Source: Capsulimonadales bacterium
Lineage (GTDB): Bacteria; Armatimonadota; Armatimonadia; Armatimonadales; Armatimonadaceae
Direction of reading: 5' to 3'
DNA length: 64,000 nucleotides
NCBI GenBank assembly: GCA_033762295.1
Contig: JANRLW010000085.1
Location: forward strand, 1-64,000
Shown piece after piece: positions 41,485-50,402 of the stretch. The number at the start of each line of letters is the position of its first letter. The stretch's first letter is position 1. A model generated the notes under the pieces. It was given only the letters and a program-made list of their open reading frames with translations, was not told the origin of the DNA and searched no databases. Position numbers and translations under genes: made by a program.

Positions 41485-43197
41485 GTGTCGCGTCGCTGTC
41501 CTTCTCCTCGCTTTCGAACGATCGTTTCGCGTCTCCTGCTCGTGGTCGTCGCCGCGCTCGTCGCCTCTCGCCCCGTCGGCTCACGGGATATCGATCTGGA
41601 AATTGAGCGGTTTCTGGGAGCGCAGGTCGCCAGCGCCTTCAAAGACTCAGCGGGAGTCGATAACGACCCGCTGCTGGCCGACTGGGTGAACGAGATCGGA
41701 CGACAGGTGTCGGCCCAGTCCCCCCGCCGGAATGTCCCGTACTCCTTCACGATCCTCGGCACCGATGTCGCCAACGCGTTCGCCGGACCGGCCGGCTACA
41801 TCTTCGTGACACGCGGCATGCTCGACACGATCGACTCCGACGACGAACTGGCGGCCATTCTCGCGCACGAGACGGCGCATGTCACCAAACGTCACGCCAT
41901 CCAGCAGGTCGGCGGCAACCTGCTCGTGTTCGCCCTCCTCGCTTCGCTACGCGGAGAGAGGTATCGCGGCGTTCGGACCTTCGCCTCGCTGGCGAACGTC
42001 GTCCGGACGCTGGCCAAATCACGGGAGATGGAACATCAGGCCGACGACCTGGGACTGGTCTACTGCTGGAAGGCCGGATACGATCCCGGCGGGCTGGCGC
42101 GCTTCTTCGAAGGATACGACCTGCGCGGGCGTTCGCTGCTGGCGGAGTATTTCGATACCCATCCCGCGCCGGCCCGACGTCTGGCCTTCGTTCGAGAGAG
42201 CAAGTATGTGCGACGGGAGGATCTTGCTCTGCGGGAGACGACCGCGCAGGGACTGGAGGCGCGTTCGCTGCCCAATGCCGCCCGGAAAGCCCGCGCGGCA
42301 CGAGATCCCCTGGCACTCCCGGCGACGCCTTCTCCGGCGATCCCTTCCTACCTCGAGAACGAGCGACGCGAGATCGGAGCGCAGGCGGCGGAACTGCGCC
42401 GTCGCCTGATGAAAGGGTACCGGGCGCAGGACCTCGGCGCGACCCTCAAACAGGTTCTGCTGATCAACAACCAGGGCGATTTTCGCTGGCTCTACGTCTC
42501 CGCACGCGCCTATGCGATTCAGGCGCGGGTCGAGGATATCTTTGCCCGTTCCCTTCGGGTCGCCGACACCGTGCCGGGCATCTACGATGCTCTGGCGGTC
42601 TATGCGGACGGTCCCGCCGCCGCGCCCGCCACGATCGACAGTTCGCTGGGACGGACCAATCTGCGCAGCGCCCTTCGGCGAACCGAGGGCGCGGTCGCTC
42701 CGATCGAACGCGCCTCACGCGCCGTGACGACGGTTCTTGCCGACCTGAATAACCGTTTTCTCCGGCTCGATAACGAGCAGACCTGGCTCCGGTACGCCGC
42801 TCTGGAGGGGTTGTTGCGGTACGCCGAAAGTGAACTGTCACGGGCCGATCGGGCGGCGGGCATCGGATGGCGGCAGGTGTCTCTGGCGCGGATCCGGCGT
42901 TACCAGCACTGGCTCAACGAGAACCTGCCGGAGGACCGCCCGGAACGGCGAGAACTCTGGACCCGCCTGACGATCCGGCGGTTCGGCGCCTGGTTTCCCA
43001 ACGCCGGTCCGGCCGGAGACGCGACCGTCCGGGCCGCGCTGGCGATCGAGAAGCGAAAAAGTGCCTCAGAAGCCGAAGAGGGGCGGGGCGAGACTCTCTG
43101 GGCCGACTGGGTTCTGCAACAAAAGGGCATCCCCGAAAACATTGCCACCGCTCTGCGCCTCCTGATTCTGGACCTTCAACGGGAGGACAGCCGCTGA
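41485..43197 (+). CDS. Exported M48 family metallopeptidase (BepA/YfgC-like N-domain) with helical C-terminal extension
   Basis: 'NAFAGPAGYIFVTRG', 'ELAAILAHETAHV', 'SREMEHQAD', 'THP'; GTG start follows an extended -10 TGaTACAAT. Confidence 0.85.
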   Translation: MSRRCPSPRFRTIVSRLLLVVVAALVASRPVGSRDIDLEIERFLGAQVASAFKDSAGVDNDPLLADWVNEIGRQVSAQSPRRNVPYSFTILGTDVANAFAGPAGYIFVTRGMLDTIDSDDELAAILAHETAHVTKRHAIQQVGGNLLVFALLASLRGERYRGVRTFASLANVVRTLAKSREMEHQADDLGLVYCWKAGYDPGGLARFFEGYDLRGRSLLAEYFDTHPAPARRLAFVRESKYVRREDLALRETTAQGLEARSLPNAARKARAARDPLALPATPSPAIPSYLENERREIGAQAAELRRRLMKGYRAQDLGATLKQVLLINNQGDFRWLYVSARAYAIQARVEDIFARSLRVADTVPGIYDALAVYADGPAAAPATIDSSLGRTNLRSALRRTEGAVAPIERASRAVTTVLADLNNRFLRLDNEQTWLRYAALEGLLRYAESELSRADRAAGIGWRQVSLARIRRYQHWLNENLPEDRPERRELWTRLTIRRFGAWFPNAGPAGDATVRAALAIEKRKSASEAEEGRGETLWADWVLQQKGIPENIATALRLLILDLQREDSR

Positions 43198-43329
43198 CGT
43201 TCGCGACGTTCGTCAAATCCCGTGCGACGCCGCCGGAATGCGATAGAATCAACCGATACCTTTTCCCGATAACCGTCCCGGCGCGATCGCGCCCCGAACC
43301 TCCGCATCGCTCCGGACCCGAACTCCCGT

Positions 43330-45297
43330 ATGAACGACTCTTCCTGGCATTCCGGCAGACAGCGTCAGGCGCGCCTCCTTCTCTGGTGCCTGGTTCTGAT
43401 CGGCGTCCTCGCGGCCCTGGTCGGGACGGCGCGTCGCTGGCAGGCGGAAAGCCGCAATCGCAAGGTCGAGATCACCCTCGATTTCGCCGAGGTCGAAAAG
43501 CTCGCCGAGGCGGCGCATCAGCCGCTCGACGAGGTTTTGCAACGTCTGCGCCGGGCGGGCGTTACCTCGGTCGCACTGCAGGAAGACACGCTGGCCCAGC
43601 TGGAGGAACAACGCTCCCTCGCCATCCTGCCCGCGCGAACGGGCCGGGCCGGCTTCCGGGTCGACCTGAGCGACGACCCCGCCGACCCGCTCCGCCGACG
43701 TCTGGCCACCATGGCGGAAGCGATACGGATCAAGTCCGGCGTGACGGTCGATCTGTCCCTCCGGAAATCCGGCGACCCGGAGATCGACGTCCCCTATGCG
43801 CAGGTTCGCAGCATCGGCCTGGGACTCGACCCGGCGCAGGTCGAGCAGATTCGACGGGCAGGACTCGACGTGGTGGGCCGGATCGCCAACTACAACGGCG
43901 TACTGCCGGAGGGGATCGCCTGGTCCCTGGGGCAATTGAAGTCGCTGAACCTCCGGACGGTGATCTTCTCGGGCGACGAAATGCTCGGGTACAAGGGTTA
44001 CCTGACCGAGGTTCCGCCCTATCCGACCGGAGATTCCACCGCCGCACTCCTCGTCAAGAACGATCTGAACCTCGGGATCGTCGAGTTCGGCAAGCAGAAG
44101 GGGGAAGCGGCTCTGGCGAAAGTCGCTCAGGAACGGGTGATCCGGGTTCATACCGTAACCGGCGCGGAGATGGCGCAGGCCGATATCCCGACCAATCTGC
44201 AGCGATTCCTGCTGGGCGCGCGGGAACGAAACATCCGCCTGCTCTATGTCCGGCTCTTTCCCGATGAAAAATCGCTCGTGGAAGCGAACGCGACCTATAT
44301 CGAACAGATCGTGGCCGGACTTGATCGCGGCGGTCTGGCGGTCGGACCGGCGCATGGCTACGCCCCGCTGACAACGCCGTCCTATCTTCGCGCTCTGATC
44401 GGTCTGGGGTTGGCCGCCGGGTTTCTTCTCCTGATCGACAGTCTCACCGGAGTTTTTGCCGGGACCGCTCCGCGCGGTCTCCTCGCCGCCTCCGTCGTCG
44501 GCGCGATCGTCCTCTGTCCGTTGCCGGTCGCCGGGGAAACCGGAGCGAAACTCGCCGCGCTTGTCGCCGGCTGCCTCTTTCCGACGCTCGCCGTGCTCAA
44601 CGTCGACCCTCTGCGTCCGAGTCCGGAACGCAACCGGGTCGCCGTGGCCCTGGCACGGTTCGCCGCCATGTGCGCGATCACCGGTGCCGGGATTCTGGCG
44701 GTCGTGGGGTTGCTGGCCGACCGGCTCTACCTGATCAAGGCGGAGACGTTCCTCGGGGTCAAAGCGACGTTGATCGTTCCGCTTCTGGTGGTGACGGTGG
44801 TCTGCGCTCTGGGCCTGCGGGCGCGCGCCAACCGAACGTTCGCCGAATGCCTCAGCGACGCCCGGGGATATCTGACGGATCTGGCGATGAAGCCGGTCTT
44901 CGTCTGGCAGGTCCTGCTGACGGGCGTCTCTCTGGCCGCGGTCGCGCTGATTCTGTTGCGATCGGGCAACGATCCCGGCATCGGTATCTCTCCGATGGAG
45001 TTGAAACTGCGCTCGCTCCTGGACTCTCTTCTGTACGCACGTCCGCGATTCAAGGAGATGTTCGGGCATGGCGTCCTTCTGCTCGGGTTGCTGAACGCCG
45101 CCGAGGGACGTCGTCACTGGGCGCTGCCGCTGGTAATCATCGGCACGGTCGGACAGGCCTCCCTGTTGAACACGTTCTGTCATCTGCACACACCGCTGGT
45201 CGTCGGTCTCTGGCGTGCCGTTCTCGGCATCGCGATCGGCGTGGTCGGCGGTCTGTTCGTCCATTTCGCGCTTCGGCTGGCGCGCCTTCGATCGTAA
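43330..45297 (+). CDS. DUF5693-like polytopic membrane protein
   Basis: N-terminal TM, large soluble domain ('RERNIRLLY'), multi-TM C-terminus with 'RSGN', 'RPRFKE..GH', 'NTFCHLHTP'; adjacent to csaB. Confidence 0.75.
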   Translation: MNDSSWHSGRQRQARLLLWCLVLIGVLAALVGTARRWQAESRNRKVEITLDFAEVEKLAEAAHQPLDEVLQRLRRAGVTSVALQEDTLAQLEEQRSLAILPARTGRAGFRVDLSDDPADPLRRRLATMAEAIRIKSGVTVDLSLRKSGDPEIDVPYAQVRSIGLGLDPAQVEQIRRAGLDVVGRIANYNGVLPEGIAWSLGQLKSLNLRTVIFSGDEMLGYKGYLTEVPPYPTGDSTAALLVKNDLNLGIVEFGKQKGEAALAKVAQERVIRVHTVTGAEMAQADIPTNLQRFLLGARERNIRLLYVRLFPDEKSLVEANATYIEQIVAGLDRGGLAVGPAHGYAPLTTPSYLRALIGLGLAAGFLLLIDSLTGVFAGTAPRGLLAASVVGAIVLCPLPVAGETGAKLAALVAGCLFPTLAVLNVDPLRPSPERNRVAVALARFAAMCAITGAGILAVVGLLADRLYLIKAETFLGVKATLIVPLLVVTVVCALGLRARANRTFAECLSDARGYLTDLAMKPVFVWQVLLTGVSLAAVALILLRSGNDPGIGISPMELKLRSLLDSLLYARPRFKEMFGHGVLLLGLLNAAEGRRHWALPLVIIGTVGQASLLNTFCHLHTPLVVGLWRAVLGIAIGVVGGLFVHFALRLARLRS

Positions 45298-45301
45298 CTT
45301 T

Positions 45302-46366
45302 ATGTCCCGAACGTCTCGACCCGCACTTCGCGCCGCGATTCTCGGCTACTATGGCTTCGGCAACCTGGGAGATGAGGCCGTGCTGGCCGGAATCCGCCGC
45401 GCCCTCGGCCACCACTTCGACCTCGATCTGCTGGTGCTGACGAACGACCCGGAAGGCACGCCCCTCCTGCATCCGGGCGTCCGCGCCGTCAGCCGCTGGC
45501 AGTGGCGCGCGGTCGCCGATTCGCTTCGTGATACGGAACTGTTCGTGCTGGGAGGCGGCAGCCTTTTGCAGGATGCCACCAGCGTGAAATCGGTGCTCTG
45601 GTATGTCCTGATGGCGCTGATCGCCCGCCGACGCGCGCGCCGGGTGCTCTGGTGGGGTCAGGGCGTCGGCCCCCTGAACCACCCGCTCTCCCGGCAGGCC
45701 GTCCGTCTGATCGGCAATCAGGCCGACGCGATCACGGTGCGGGACGAAAACTCCGCGCGGTTATTGAAGGAGATCGGCGTGAATCGGTCTATATATGCGG
45801 TCGCCGACCCCGCCTTCGCCCTGGAACCGGATTCCGGGGCCGATAACCCTTCCCCTGCCGTCTGGTTCGCCCTGCGCCACTGGAAAGAGGATATCGTCGG
45901 CCGGGTTCTGGCCGGAGATGCTTTAAAACTGACGTCGGCACGACCGGAAGAGGCGCTCGCTCTGCCGATGCATCTTCCGGAAGATGCCGAATATATGGAA
46001 CGGGTCCTGCCCGGAACGCCGCAGGAACGCTGGCAGAACGGGAACGGAAGGATCGAACGGACGCTCTCCCGCGTGGCCGGGGCGCGACTGATGGTGGCGA
46101 TGCGCCTCCATGCCCTGATTTTCGCCGCCCGGTGCGGCGTCCCGTTCGTCGCGATCTCCTACGATCCGAAGGTGGACGCTCTGGCACGGGACGCCGGACA
46201 GGAGGATTGTTTGCTGTCGTTGAACAATCTCACCGCAGAGGAGATCGTTGAGACCATGCGGCGAACGCTGGAAACGGCGGAGGGACGGCGAACGCGCTTG
46301 CGGGAGTTCGCGGCCGACCGCCGGGAAAAGGCAAACGAACCGGCGCGCATCGCGGCGGGTCTTTGA
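45302..46366 (+). CDS. csaB: Polysaccharide pyruvyl transferase CsaB
   Basis: 'GYYGFGNLGDEA', 'GGGSLLQDATS', 'GQGVGPL', 'VRDENS', 'ADPAF', 'MRLHALIFA', 'SYDPKV'. Confidence 0.92.
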   Translation: MSRTSRPALRAAILGYYGFGNLGDEAVLAGIRRALGHHFDLDLLVLTNDPEGTPLLHPGVRAVSRWQWRAVADSLRDTELFVLGGGSLLQDATSVKSVLWYVLMALIARRRARRVLWWGQGVGPLNHPLSRQAVRLIGNQADAITVRDENSARLLKEIGVNRSIYAVADPAFALEPDSGADNPSPAVWFALRHWKEDIVGRVLAGDALKLTSARPEEALALPMHLPEDAEYMERVLPGTPQERWQNGNGRIERTLSRVAGARLMVAMRLHALIFAARCGVPFVAISYDPKVDALARDAGQEDCLLSLNNLTAEEIVETMRRTLETAEGRRTRLREFAADRREKANEPARIAAGL

Positions 46367-49300
46367 CCGGAAGGCACAACGGCAACACGTCGATGACAGG
46401 CAACATGACTACGAGGACCATGCGACCGCGCATCGCACCGACCGCGCCCACGCTCACCGTCACGGGGGCCCTGGCCCTGATGGGGGGCAAAGGGACCGTT
46501 CCCGCTCGGGCGCAGGACTCCCCTCCGCCCGTCCCCGCGCCGACACCGTCCCCGGTTCCGACACCCTCCCCGACCCCCACGCCCTCCCCGACCCCCGCGG
46601 AGCCGTCACGGAACGACAAACCGTCCTCGGGGTCCAAGAAATCGAACCGGAAAAACGGGAATGAACGTAACCCATCGGATTCCGGGAACGACGAATCCCA
46701 GTATGTTCCGGAGCGGATGAAAGGCACCGCCGAACGGTTGTTCGGCCCGCTCTTCCGTGAGATCACGCTTACCGGTAACTTTTCCACCCGGTTTCAGCAG
46801 AACTCGGTCAACGGGACGCGCGATGGCAGCGAGCGGTTCGCCGATCAGAACCTGAACAATCCGGACTACCGGAATGTCGGTCCGTTCCAGAACAACGTCG
46901 ATATGACGGTTCAGGGGCGTATCTTCAACGCGTTCTCGGTCAACGCGCATCTCTCCAACTCACGATTCGGGAACTACGTCAACCAGGCGTTCTCCTTCGA
47001 CTACAAGAACCGTGATAACACGACCCGGGTCAATCTGGGGAATGTCAACGCGACCCTTCCGGGGAACGAGTTCGTCCAGTTTTCCCGCTCGGTGCAGGGA
47101 GTTCGCTTCGAGCGTGTCGGAAAGATCCGGTCGCGTTCTCTCGTCACGGAATCCCCGATTCTCTTCGCCTTTCCGGCGTATACCGGACCGATGACCCGCG
47201 CCTGGTGGGACTGGTCGCCGGACGTCCTGCAGCCCGGGCGGCGCGTCTCGGCGGAGACGGCCGAACCGCCCGCAGTCACCGCCTTTGCGACCGATCCGAA
47301 CGCCGCCGGTCCCTCCTCGCTCGAAAGTAGCGCCGCCGATTTCGGCGTCCTGCCCGACGAGAACGCGTCCTTCGGCAACGGTGCCGTTCCAACGCAGGAT
47401 AATCGGCTCCGGAACGACGGATTCGGCAATAACGGATTTTCGAACAACGGATTCCGCGGAAACCGTCCGCCGATAAACGCGAACGGTCGCCGCTCCTCCC
47501 AGGTCAACGGTCTCCCGCCCGGTAGCGGCAACGGCGGTCCGTCGGATATCTCCGGCCTCGCTGCGGCCGCCCCGTTCGTCGGGGGTAAGGGGGACTGGTC
47601 GATTCGGACACAGGGAATCGCCTCGCTGACACGCGCCCTGACCCGACGCGGTTCGTTCCGGGGCACCGGCACCTCCGGGCCCTACTTCCTGAACGCCGGT
47701 TCGCTGATCGAGGGTTCGGAGCGAGTCCAGCTCAACGGGAACGATCTGGAATCCGGCGTCGACTACCGGATCGATTACCTTCTCGGTCAGATCACGTTTC
47801 TGAACGGTCGCCTGATCAATCAGGAAGATACCGTTAACTTCACCTACGAATCCCAGAACTTCAACACCACTCCGGGCCTGCTGACCGGAACCCGTGTCGA
47901 TGTCAGCGACCCGCGCGGCAACCTGTACGGAATCACCTACCTGCAGCAGAAGGCGACGGGACAGCGAATCCGGAACGGTCTCCTGATCGAACGGATGCCG
48001 GTTCTGGCCGATACCGCCTACCGGTACACTTTGTCCTCCCTGATCGATCCGGCGCACCCGGTCGAGATCAAATGGTTCAATCGCGTTCTGGTCGAGGGGG
48101 TCGACTATATTCTGAACCGGGACCTGCGGTATTTCCAGTTGATCACCACCGCCCTCCCGCCCGATAACGCCGCCACCTACAACGGCATCCCCTCGCTGAC
48201 CATCACCTACCGTCCGCAACGGCAGAACTCCCTTTCCGGAGATCGTTCGGTCATGGGGTTCGATTCGACCTACCGGTTGACGAAAAACGGGACGATGTCG
48301 CTGAATATCGGGCGCAGCCAGGGGGAAACCGCCCAGCAGAGCGGACAGGCGGTCTCGATGCGCACCAGCTGGACCGGAGGCGGGCGGAACAACCGCAACA
48401 CATGGCGTCTCACCTTCGGCGGGCGTCAGGTCGGCGAGACGTTCTCCTCCATCGATTCGACCGCGAACGCCTTCCTGCAACCGGAGCGCAGTTTCAATAC
48501 CGGGATTCAGTTCTCTCCGACGCCGGAATACACGCTGAGTACGTCGCTGACCCGGGGAAGCGTCGGCACCCGGAACTTCACCGGCACGACGACCGCCGCG
48601 GGAAACGCTCTGCAATGGGCGACGAATCAGAGCTGGGATCTGCGCGCTTCGATTCGCAAGCCCGGCCTGCCGATGGTAACGTTCGCCCATCAGCAGACGA
48701 CCCAGGCCGGCAACGGCAGCACCAATGCGCTGGCGACGACCAATATCGAAGCCGGATGGCAGGCCAGCTCGCAGATTCGTCTGGATGCCGGTCTGTCGCG
48801 AACAGGCTCGCGCGGCCGCAGCATCTACGCCGTCGCCTACAACAACAGCGTCACTCCGGCCGGTAACACGGGCAGCACGATCATCGATCAGCTTCAGGAC
48901 GGGTCCGGCAGCCGCACTATCACCAACTCGACGGCGGACAACATGCGGTTCGCCCTCACCTATACGCCGAAATCCTGGCTCAGTTTCGGAAGCAACGTCG
49001 GTCTTTCTCGCTCCCGCTCCGGCACCGGTTCCTATAACTCGCGCTCGACCGGCATGAGCGTGACCGCCTCGCCGACGCAGACCTTTTCGCTGAACGCCTC
49101 CCTGACCGATGCCGCCAACGGCCAGAGCACCGCCGGCTTCTACAATCCCGGATCGACCGGCAGCAGTTCGATCATTCCGACCAACTCCGCCGGACAGCGC
49201 ACGCGCAACACCAGTTTCGGATTCACCTACTCGCCGTCGAATCGACTTTCCGGCCAGTTCAACCTGCTTCGAAGCCTGTCCCTGGTCCCCGGATACGACA

Positions 49301-49914
49301 ATACGGAAACGAGCGGCTACGACTGGAACATCAGCGCCGCGCCGCATGAACGATGGCAGATGGGTTTGACCGGTTCCCAGCAGGGATCGACCTACGTCGG
49401 CGGGCAGGGCAACTCCACCAACCGCTCACTGACGCTGAACGTCGGCGCGGGCCCCTTCGGGCGCATGCGGTTCGATACCGCGTTGGCGCACATGAACTTC
49501 GGTTCGGCCTCCTATTTCGGGACCGGGACCAACGGCGGAACCCCCGGTACGCGGGCGAACGCGGCCGTCAGCCGTAACACGACACTCCCGGTCGGAACCA
49601 CCGGGTTCCTTCAGGCCGGAAGCAACCTCTCCTGGAGCTTCAATACGAGCTACGCCCTGGGCAGCCGGTATAATCTCGTCGGGAACTGGCAATCCCTCAA
49701 TCAATCGTCGCCGACGGCGGCCGATGCGTCCGCCGCCAGCCGAGCGGGCACCAACTTCTTCCAGGGACAGGGAAGCATCGGTTTCGATGTCAGCCTGACG
49801 GAAATTCTCGGTTTCACGGTCCGGTTCAACTACATCAGCCTGCGCGACCGGGATGACTCGCGCTACTCGTATCGGGCACGGATGCTCACGGCGGACCTGA
49901 CCGGCCATTTTTAA
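46363..49914 (+). CDS. Large putative outer-membrane beta-barrel protein
   Basis: Signal-like segment ending 'ARAQ', PT linker, long alternating S/T/G/aromatic beta-strand pattern, C-terminal Phe; start codon uncertain. Confidence 0.75.
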   Translation: MTGRHNGNTSMTGNMTTRTMRPRIAPTAPTLTVTGALALMGGKGTVPARAQDSPPPVPAPTPSPVPTPSPTPTPSPTPAEPSRNDKPSSGSKKSNRKNGNERNPSDSGNDESQYVPERMKGTAERLFGPLFREITLTGNFSTRFQQNSVNGTRDGSERFADQNLNNPDYRNVGPFQNNVDMTVQGRIFNAFSVNAHLSNSRFGNYVNQAFSFDYKNRDNTTRVNLGNVNATLPGNEFVQFSRSVQGVRFERVGKIRSRSLVTESPILFAFPAYTGPMTRAWWDWSPDVLQPGRRVSAETAEPPAVTAFATDPNAAGPSSLESSAADFGVLPDENASFGNGAVPTQDNRLRNDGFGNNGFSNNGFRGNRPPINANGRRSSQVNGLPPGSGNGGPSDISGLAAAAPFVGGKGDWSIRTQGIASLTRALTRRGSFRGTGTSGPYFLNAGSLIEGSERVQLNGNDLESGVDYRIDYLLGQITFLNGRLINQEDTVNFTYESQNFNTTPGLLTGTRVDVSDPRGNLYGITYLQQKATGQRIRNGLLIERMPVLADTAYRYTLSSLIDPAHPVEIKWFNRVLVEGVDYILNRDLRYFQLITTALPPDNAATYNGIPSLTITYRPQRQNSLSGDRSVMGFDSTYRLTKNGTMSLNIGRSQGETAQQSGQAVSMRTSWTGGGRNNRNTWRLTFGGRQVGETFSSIDSTANAFLQPERSFNTGIQFSPTPEYTLSTSLTRGSVGTRNFTGTTTAAGNALQWATNQSWDLRASIRKPGLPMVTFAHQQTTQAGNGSTNALATTNIEAGWQASSQIRLDAGLSRTGSRGRSIYAVAYNNSVTPAGNTGSTIIDQLQDGSGSRTITNSTADNMRFALTYTPKSWLSFGSNVGLSRSRSGTGSYNSRSTGMSVTASPTQTFSLNASLTDAANGQSTAGFYNPGSTGSSSIIPTNSAGQRTRNTSFGFTYSPSNRLSGQFNLLRSLSLVPGYDNTETSGYDWNISAAPHERWQMGLTGSQQGSTYVGGQGNSTNRSLTLNVGAGPFGRMRFDTALAHMNFGSASYFGTGTNGGTPGTRANAAVSRNTTLPVGTTGFLQAGSNLSWSFNTSYALGSRYNLVGNWQSLNQSSPTAADASAASRAGTNFFQGQGSIGFDVSLTEILGFTVRFNYISLRDRDDSRYSYRARMLTADLTGHF

Positions 49915-49968
49915 TCGTTATCGCCACTCACCCTGTGTGCCCCCGCGCCAACCGCCGTACAATGGAAC

Positions 49969-50358
49969 ATGGACCCGGTCGAGACGCTGCGCTCATTGAA
50001 CTCCCCGATCCTGCCCTGCCGAAGGCAGCTGCAGGAGATCGGTATCCCGAACGATGACCTTTCCGAAGAGGAGGTCAAATCGGTGTACATTCACGCCGTC
50101 GCCGAGGGTCTGATTCCGATCTATCGTCTGAACGACCTGCCACGGGAGCTGCGGCTCGAACTTGTCGGTCTCCACTGTCAGAAGAACGGCCTCCGGTTTG
50201 TCTCCGTCCGTCGCTGGGCAAGGGAGATCATCCGCATCCTGCCCGCCTCCTCTTCCTCCTCGCCGATTCTGGAGCATTCGGACCACCCGTCCGAAACGCC
50301 GGGGAACTGTCCCCCCGCCTCACCGGCCGCACGCCAGGATACCGGCAATACCGTCTGA
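49969..50358 (+). CDS. Hypothetical protein
   Basis: ATG 5 nt after TACAAT; no family recognised. Confidence 0.55.
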   Translation: MDPVETLRSLNSPILPCRRQLQEIGIPNDDLSEEEVKSVYIHAVAEGLIPIYRLNDLPRELRLELVGLHCQKNGLRFVSVRRWAREIIRILPASSSSSPILEHSDHPSETPGNCPPASPAARQDTGNTV

Positions 50359-50402
50359 CAACGGTTCCCCTAACGTCGGCATCCGAAAAAACCACAATGT
50401 AG

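Noticed and set aside
46525..46600. CCGAC(A/C)CC repeats at the start of the barrel gene
   Set aside because: They encode an ordinary Pro-Thr/Ser linker.
46960..49347. 795-aa minus-strand ORF (similarly 55486-57597 +, 43249-45264 -, 11590-12921 -)
   Set aside because: Shadow ORFs opposite well-supported genes.
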